Shown one piece after another: positions 55,098 through 64,000 of a DNA stretch of 64,000 nucleotides. Source of the stretch: the human T2T-CHM13v2.0 reference genome, Homo sapiens. Both the position numbers and the translations under genes were made by a program. The notes below the pieces were generated by a model that searched no databases, had not been told where the DNA came from, and worked only from the letters and a program-made list of their open reading frames with translations. Positions within the stretch are counted from its first letter, which is position 1. Each line of letters begins with the position of its first letter. The stretch is from assembly GCF_009914755.1 (NCBI RefSeq), contig NC_060927.1. One strand, written 5' to 3'.

Positions 55098-58000
55098 GGA
55101 AGAAGGGGCCAAAATGGTGAACTAGTAGCACCTAATGTGCACCACTCTCATGGAGATAAAACAAAAGGGCTAGTTAACCCTGACCCTGTAGGCTGATGAT
55201 CTGCGAAACCACATTAGGGTCCATCAAGGCAGCAGGGGGACACAGAGAGCAGAGAGGAACAAAGAAGGGCATCAATCTATCTGGGCTCAGTGTGGAGCCA
55301 GGAGAACCTCCCAAACATGGGAAAGAATGAGTGAGTGTGAGCTTCCTGGGGGAGCACATCCCCCTGCGCTTATAGGCTGAAGCAGAGAGCCCATTTTGTG
55401 TGGGGGCAACTCTCGAGTCCAAGGAGACCACTCTGAGACTTGGGCCCTGGAGCAGACCAACACTGGCACCATAGCACCAATAGAACCTTCAGTCGTGGGG
55501 CCTGGGAGCAGTAAGATTACACCACTTCTGCCCTCCTCCCTCCATCCCTGCTGGATGAGGCTTGGTGTCAGCTTCTGGCCTAGTGGTCCTGCTTCTGTCT
55601 GAACTCGGACAGAGGTCCTGGCTTCCTATTGTCCCAGGAAGGACCCAGATGGCAGGGTGGGCCACCCTACCCACCCCTGCCACAGGTAGCCAGGCAAGCA
55701 ATGCCTGCTAGAGTTTCTGGCTCAGTAGTCCAGCTTCTGTGTGAACTTACCAAGAGGGTGCAACCTCCCTTTGTCCTGGGAAACACCTGGACAAAAGGGA
55801 GAGTGACCTCACCCCAACCCTGTCACAGGTAGCCAGGTAGCAATGCCTGCTAGAACTTCTGGCAAACAGTCCCACATCTGTGAGAACTCAGGAAGAAGGT
55901 GCAGCCTACTGTTGCTTGTAAAGTGTCTAGAGAGAAGGGGTAGGTCACCTACAAAGGGAACCCCATCAGGCTAACAGTGAAACTTTCAGCAAAAGCCCTA
56001 CAAGTCAGAAGAGATTGGGGGGTCTATATTCAGCATTCTTAAAGAAAAGAAATTCCAACCAAGAATTTCATATTTGGCAAAACTAAGCTTCATAAGAGAA
56101 GGAGAAATAAGATCCTTTTAAGACAAGCAAATGCTAAGAGTATTTGTTACCACCAGACTTGCTTTACAAGATGTCTTGAAGGGAGTGCTAGATATAGAAA
56201 GGAAAGACTGTGTTACCAACCATCACAAAAACACATTTAAGAACGTAGACTAGTAATGCTATAAAGCAGCAACACAATCAAGTCTGTGTGATAACCAGCT
56301 AACAACATGATGATGAAATCAGACCTGCATATACCAATATTAACCTTGAATGCAAACAGGCTGAAAGCCCTAATTAAAAGGCACAGAATGACAGCTTGGA
56401 TAAAGAAGCAAGATCGAACTGTATCCTCTCTACAGGACTCATCTCACATGCAATGACACTCATAGGCTATAAGTAAAGGGATGGAGAAAAATTGCCCAAG
56501 CAAATGGAAAACAGAAAAAAGGAGGGGTTGGCATTCTACTTTCTGACAAAATAGACGTTAAACCACCAATGATCAGAAAACACAAAGAAAGGCATTACGT
56601 AATGGCAACAGGCCAAATTCAACAAGAAGACTTAATTATTCTAAATATATATGTACCCACCCCTGGAGCACCCAGACTCATAAACAAGTTCTTACAGACC
56701 TATGAAGAGACTTGGATAGCCACACAATAGTAGTGAGAGAGTTCAACAACCCACTGACACTATTAGAAGATCATGGGGCAGAAAACTAACAAAGATATTC
56801 AGAACCAGAGCTCAACATTTGACCAAACGGGCCTAGTAGACATCTACAGAACTCTCTACCCAAAACAACAAGATATACATTCTTCTCATCTGCACATGGC
56901 ATGTACTCTAAAATTGACCACACAATTGGCCATAAGACGATTCTCAGCAACTTAAAAAAAAAAAAAACTTACCAAACACACTCTCAGACCAAAGCACAAT
57001 AAAAATAGAAATCAATACTAAGAAAATTGCTCAAAAGCATACAATTACATGGAAATTATATAACCTACTCCTGAATGACATTTGGGTAAACAATGAAATT
57101 AAGGCAGAAACCAAGTACAACATACCAGAATCTCTGGGGCACAACTAAAGCAGTATTAAGAGGGAAGTATATAGCACTAAACACCCAGAGAAACGGACTA
57201 AAAAGTTAAAAGTTAAAAGGATCTCAAGTTAACCTAACATCACACCCAGAGGAACCAGAGAAATGAGCAAACCAACCCCAGAGCTAGCAGAAGACAACAG
57301 ATAACCAAAATCAGAGCTGAAATGAAGGAAACTGAGATGTAAAAAACCATACAAAAGATCAACAAGTACAGAAATTGATTCTTTGAAAGAATAAATAAGA
57401 TTGATATGCCACTAGCGAGACTAATAGAGAGAGAGACAGAAGATCCAAATAAACAGAATCAGAAATGACAAAGGGGACATTACCACCAACCCAACAGAAA
57501 TACAAAAAAACCCCAGAGACTACTGTGAACACCTCTATGCATGCAAACTAGAAAATCTGAAAGAAATGGATAAATGCCTGGAAACATACGACCTCCCAAG
57601 ATTGAACCAGGAAGAAGTTGAATCCATGAACAGACAAATAATGAATTATAAAATTGAATCAGTAATAAAAAGCCTGCCAATCGCAAAAATCCCAGGACCA
57701 GACAGATTCACAGCCAAACTACTGAATGTGTAAGGAAAAGCTGGTACTATTCCTACTGAAACTGCTCCTACAAATTGAGGTGGAGGGAATCCTCTCTAAT
57801 TCATTCTGTGAGGCTAGCATCATTATGATACCAAAACCTGGCAGAGACACAACAAAAAAGAAAATCTTAGGCCAATATTCCTGATGACCATAGAAGCAAA
57901 AGTCCCCAACAAAATACTAGCAAGCCAAATTCAGCAGCACATCAAAAAGTTAATCCACTGTGATCAAGTAAGCTTTATTCCTGGGATGCAAAGTTAGTTC

Positions 58001-59825
58001 AGCATACACAGATCAATAAATGTGATTTGCCACAAAAACAGAATTATAAACAAAATCACATGATCCTCTAAATAGATGCAGGAAAAAAAGCTTTTGATAA
58101 AATTCAATATCCCTTCATGTTAAGAACCCTCAACAAACTAGGCATTGAAGTAATGTACTTCAAAATAATAAGAGCCACCTATGACAAACCCACAGCAAAC
58201 ATCATACTGAATGGGCAAAAGCTGGAAGCATTCCCCTTGAGAACCGGAACAAGGCAAGGATGCCAACTCTCACCACTCATACTTAACCATAGTACTAGAA
58301 GTCCGAGCCAGAGCAATCAGGCAAGAGAAGAGCAATGCCAAGAGGAAGAGAGGAAGTCAAACTATTTCTGTTTGCAGATGATATGGTTCTATAACTAGAA
58401 AACCCCATAGCCACTGCCCAAAAGTTCCTAGATCTGATAAACAACTTCAGTAAAGTCTCAGAAGACAAAATCAGTGCACAAAAACCAGTAGCATTTCTAT
58501 ACACCAACATCATCTAAGCTGAGAGCCAAATCAAGAACACAATCGCATTCACAATAGCTACAAAAAGAATAAAATACTTAGGATTGCAGCTAATCTGGGA
58601 GGTGAAAGATCTCTAAATGAGAATTACAAAACACTGCCCAAAGACATCATAGGTGACACAAATGGAAGAACATTCCATGCCCATAGATAGGAAGAATCAA
58701 GATTGTTTAAAATGGCCATACCACCCAAAGCAGTCTACAGATTCAGTGCCATTCCTATCAAACTACTGATGACATTCTCCATAGAATTAGAAAAATTATT
58801 TTTAAATTCGTATGGAACCAAAAAAGAGCCTGAATAGCCAAAGCAGTCCTAAGCAAAAAGAACAAGGTTGGAGGCATCACATTACCCAACTTCAAACTAT
58901 ATTACAAGGCTACGATAACCAAAAAAGCACAATAGTGGTACAAAAAGAGACACACAGACCAATGAGACTGAATAGAGAGCTCAGAAATAATGCCAGACAT
59001 CTACAATCATCTGATCTTTGACAAAGTCGACAAAAACAAGCTATGGGGAAAGGACTTTCTATATAATAAGTGGTGCTGTGATAACTGGCTAGCAATTTGC
59101 AGTAGATTGAAACGAACCATTAGAGAAATGCAAATCAAAACCACAGTGAGATACCATCTCACACCAGTCAGAATGGCCATTATTAAAAAGTAAAAAATAA
59201 TAGCTGCTGTTGAGGTTGTGGAGAAAAGGGAACACTTATACACTGCTGGTGTGTGTAAATTAGTTTAGCCATTGTGGAAAGTAGTGTGGCAATTTCTCGA
59301 AGAACTTAAAACAGAAATACCATTCAACCCAGCAATCCCTTTATTGGGTATATACCTGAAGGAATATAAATCATTCTCCACAAAGACGCATGTGTGTGCT
59401 CATCACAGCACTATTCACGATAGCAAAGTCTTGGAATCAACCTAAATACCCATCAGTGGTAGACCAGATAATGCAGTATGGATATACCATGGAATACTAT
59501 GCAGCCATTAAAAAAGAATGAGATCCTTCGCTTTGCAACAACATTGATGGAGCTGAAAGCCATGATGCCCCATGTTCTCTCTTACAGGTCAGAGGTAAAC
59601 ATTGAGTACACATGCACACAAATAAGGGTACAACAGACACCAGAGCCTCCTAGGGTGGAGGGTGGGAGGAGGGAGGGGATTGAAAAACTGCCTGTTGGGT
59701 ACTATGCTTATTACCTGGGTGACAAAATAATCTGTATACCAAACCCCTGTGACATGCAATTTACCTGTATAACAAACCTGCACGTGTACCTCTGAACCTA
59801 AAAGTTAAAAAAAAGAAGAAAAAAA
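55098..59825 (+). mobile_element. Older L1PA (L1PA15/16-like) with both ends and two internal deletions
   Basis: 5' UTR 55100-55925; only the 3' part of ORF1 from 55926; decayed ORF2 (ORFs 58117-58398, 58990-59193); 3' UTR gggtactatgcttattacctgggtgac plus A-tail. Confidence 0.88.
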
Positions 59826-60263
59826 TACCCTGGGATCAGACATTTAGAGTAAATTGTGAAAAATTACACTAAAACTTAGACATATAAGTTGATTTTAGTT
59901 CAATTAAGAAAATTTGTATAACAGAAACTATGTTCTAATTATAGAAGAACAATGAAAATTAGTGTTTATTGGCATTTTTTGTATGTACAATAGCACATAA
60001 TTTTTACAAAAAAATAGTAAATTGCTTCTATCAGTTTTTCTAAGGGACTCTCTTAGTCCTTGGCAGACAAGTCATTCTGAAGAATTTATCCTGTCATTAT
60101 CCTTTTTGATTTTCTCATCAGGGCCTTTGAATGTGATCCTGCAGTTCTCCATCATCCCTTTAATGGATTTCATGAAATCTTTTAAGTGATTTTCAGTTTC
60201 ATTATAAAATGGAATTAATTTGCCCTGTGTTTGTTGACAAACCAATCTTTATGATAGAATGGC

Positions 60264-61038
60264 TGTGATATATTTGGTTTACAATCCAGTTTCTTGGTAT
60301 TAGAAACTCTGAAGTGATGTCTTTTTGTTTGCTTATGAGTTGACTGATGGCTGGCAGCATCTAGGTAGCTTCATGATGGGGGCTGGTCACTGGAAAAACC
60401 AAGGCAGGATTAGAGGGGTGGGGCTGAAAGTCACACCAACATCTGTGCTGAAAGTTAATTTGATCACCAATGGCCAGTGGTTTAATCAATCATGCTTATG
60501 TTATGAAACCTCCATAATAACTCGAAGGGTTTGGAGAACTGCTTGATGACTGATCACGCAGAGGGTGGTATGCCCAGGAAAGGCATGGAAGCTCTGTGCC
60601 CCTTCCCCCCATACCTTGCCCTATGCATGTCTTCATCTATATCCCTTGCAGTATCTATGTGGAAGTAAGCTTAAGTATTTGTGTGAGTTCCGTGATTTCG
60701 TTCGGGCAGATTAATTGAACCCAAAGACAGGGTTGCAGAAACCCTAACTGGAAGCCAGTGGGCAGACGTTCTGGAGACCCAGACTTGTGACTGTTGTGCA
60801 AAGGCGGAGGGGTGGGAGGGCAGTCTTGTGGACTGAGCCCTCACTTTGTGGGATCTGAAACTACCTCCAGTTAGGTAGTGTCAGAATTGAATTGGAGGAC
60901 ACCCAGCTGGTGTCCACTGCAGAATTGATTGCTTGCTTGTTGTGTGGGGAAAACTCTTCACACATTTGCTCACAGAAATCTTCTGTGTTGATTTTTGTTG
61001 TGGTGTGAGAGCAGAGGAACTGTGGTTTTCCGTACACA
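60264..61038. mobile_element. MER21-like LTR
   Basis: gagttgactgatggctggcagc...gggctggtcactggaaaaaccaaggcaggattagaggg...tgtcagaattgaattggaggacacccagctggtgtcc. Confidence 0.8.
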
Positions 61039-61314
61039 GAATGGTCGATATATATATAGATATTTGGCTTTGGTCTAATTTTGTAAGTGGTCATTTAATT
61101 AGCATTTTCATTTTGTGATGGCATTTGATTTCCTATGTACTGTGTTTTTTTCAAACTAGTATACATCAATATTTTTTAACACAACATTTCATTTACTCTT
61201 AATTATTTATATTATGTATAGTTCTCACTTCATAAAAATTATAATCCTAATTTAGAAACCAGGTAGATTGTGAAATGGCAAAGTTGATGATGATGGCTCC
61301 TCCAATGACAGTGA

Positions 61315-61500
61315 TAATAGCTGCCATTTGTAAAGCTTCTACTCTATGCCAGCTGCTGTACTAGGTAGTTTAATAATCCTTCCCACAACCTCAAAAGATT
61401 GATGTTAATCACCTGACTTCATGGATAAAGAAATTCAGGAAATTCGTAGAGGCAATGAGTGTCTTACAAGTTAAAAACAAGCCATTATAATGATCAAGTT
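61315..61500 (-). mobile_element. MIR fragment
   Basis: atagctgccatttgtaaagcttctactctatgccag...aatccttcccacaacctc...gataaagaaattcagg. Confidence 0.55.
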
Positions 61501-64000
61501 TGTGTTTTTTTCCAAAACACTATGTCTTTCTTTGGTTTATAGAAGCATTTACTTCAGGGTTTTCTCTATAAATTAATTATATTTTTGGTACATATAATAT
61601 AAAGTTGATAAAAATTGGAATAGCCCACAGTTGTAGGAATACTTTTCTATGTTATTATTTCTATCTGTATTATTAATGCAGTGGGTGTTAATCTTATAAA
61701 AATTATTTTTTCCTTTTGCTTTTTTTGTTGAGAGGTATTTCACAAATACTCCTTCTTCAGCAGATTTGAATCAAAATGGAATGGAAGATGTGGAATTTAT
61801 GAAATTGGATTTTCACAACAAAAAAGTCATAAAATATACTGTAATGTTTTAAAAATGGCTTGACTGTACATCCATTTCTAATAGTTTATTTTCAAAGAGA
61901 ATGGTGTACCATTTCCCAATGACTTCTTAATGGAAACCAGTGATTGCCATTGGAATTGCAGTTATTTTACAGTGTGTGTGTTTATATAAACCATTACTCT
62001 AAAATATCAGGTTGCAGCTTTGGTATGTGAATGAATTGAAATGAACGAAATTTAGATATTTTACTGTTTTTTATAGCTGCAGAAACTGGAATTGCAGATA
62101 CTAGTCTTGATTTAGCCTATGGTGAATTTTCAGTTATTTGAAAGTTTTATTTCTCATTCAAAGAGTAGCTTTTATCATGGCCTTTGGTCAGAGATGCTGT
62201 TTGTATTGTTAAAATAAAAATCTCTTCAATATCAAATAGTATATAAGGAAGGAATCCAGAATTAGCCTGTTAGGCACACACAGCTTTGTGGTCCCAGGAA
62301 TAATGGCATTCTTGAATAGTAACTCCTGAGATCAGTAAAACTTCAGAAGTTATTGCTTTATTGTCATTTTTTTACTGTTTGTCCTCTAACATGTGTGATT
62401 AATAATACATTTCTCATGTATAGCCATAATGTGCCATTGAGTTTTGGATCTTTTGATTACTTGTATTCTCTCCTAAGAAAAATAATGGGATTGCATTCTT
62501 AAAGCTACCAGTTTCTTGCAGGTTATTATTTGACATGCATATTACATTTTTGGTACAGCTCATTTCCAGGGACTTGCTCTGTTGCTATTTCTCACTCAGC
62601 ATGTTTCAGAACTACCAAACCTGCTGAGGCATTAAGCATACTCTTTGTATATGCTCTTAGGAATATGGGAATTGCCCATATCGAAGCCAGTCATCCAGCC
62701 ATCATGTGTGATTTTCTGCTTTGAACACATTTTTGTCTTGTGTTAGAGGTAAGCATTAAGGTCCTATGAGTCTCCTACTTCAGCAGTCATATACAGAAGA
62801 TAGAAACTTAATTTTGATTGCATCCAGTGATGTTTTTATATACCCTGAAAGCATGATGTTTTATAATTCTGGTCTAGTGTGTTTGCAGTTTTGTTTTTAT
62901 TTATATGTATCTCTAAACCTAAAACAAGTTTTTATAGAGGAAATTTTAGGTAAATTTTGTATAATTTTTTAAAAGTTGTCAGAAATCTTTATTTTACATC
63001 TGTTCCCCCTTTAGATACTAATATCCCCATGTGGGAAATGGAAAATGTAAGTTCTCCATGCTGTTGTAAGGGCTGTAAACATTTCTCAAAAGCTATATCA
63101 ACGCAGTCACCAGAACATGTTTCTGCTCTGTTGCATGTTTGTTTCCCCATCCTTTTACCATTGTTGCATTTTGTTTTTAGTGGCCCTAAGAAGCCTGCTT
63201 CTTTAATTTTTTTTCTTTAATCCTGTCTACATTCTTTGTTAAACTTTTGGTCTTTGTCACTTCTAGATTACTTTACTACCATAGATTTCCCTTTCTGTCT
63301 TTAAGTTTGTTATTTTGAATCACTTTCAACTTTTTCTGTGACACACTAGTGAGGAACTGTTCAGAGTGAATTCACTAGGTGGCTAGCATCTTAGAGTCAA
63401 AACATAAAATGTTGAAATTGATTAACTAGAGATAGTAATGTCAATTTTTAAGTAATTAAACATTGTCTAGTTTAGAACAAAGTAAACCCCATTATAGAAG
63501 TGGGAATTTAGGAAGAGGGAATGCCCTGTTGTTATATAGCCTTTCTGTATAAAATATTATAGGAAATATAGAATCAGATTTATGGTAGTTAAGAACTTTC
63601 TAAATGAATTTTAGTATATTTTCACAGGAATGATGTGAAAAGAAGAATGGATGAATGTTATCTGTGAAATGGTGAGAAAAGAAGGAACTGTGAGAATTGT
63701 GTTTTGTTATTTAAGGACCTGTGAAGGAGATGGAGGAGATCATAAGTTCCACCAGTGGTGGAGCTAGATCTCCTGGATTCATTTGAATAGAAAAAGAGAG
63801 GATATGTTGTGTTCTGTAGATGAAGGCTATCAAAGGACACCTCAATGGAAGATCCCAGGAGGAAGGTGATAAACAAATGGAAGGTAGACTTGAGTGTAGC
63901 TTTCTTCTGAAATGGGAAGAGAGTAGAAGTAAAAGCAGAAAAGAAAAATGAGGCTGTTGCTTATAAAATTTGAAAACGTTTAAAAGATTGGGTAGTAGTT

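Overview
Primate (human-like) non-coding DNA, AT-rich and dominated by transposable elements: Alu, L1PA/L1PB/L1MA, MaLR and ERVL LTRs, L2, MIR, Tigger, MER1 and MADE1. I recognise no host protein-coding exon, RNA gene or CRISPR array. The unique stretches look T-rich on the + strand and carry a few + strand splice-site pairs, which suggests a large intron of a + strand gene that I cannot name. The only intact protein-coding ORFs are ORF1 and an extended antisense ORF0 of a full-length L1PA3-like element (42285-48432, 17-bp TSD); its ORF2 is broken. The most notable structure is an L1 3' transduction at 40131-41419: one 16-bp TSD encloses an L1 3' end, about 640 bp of non-L1 sequence, an internal second L1 tip and a new AATAAA/poly(A), and it may record serial transduction. 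An old L1MA (about 4765-11085) shows three unusual rearrangements. There are also two dense transcription-factor motif clusters. I found no evidence of a wholly new biological system. Subfamily names come from recalled consensus motifs, not from a database search, and most repeat boundaries are approximate.
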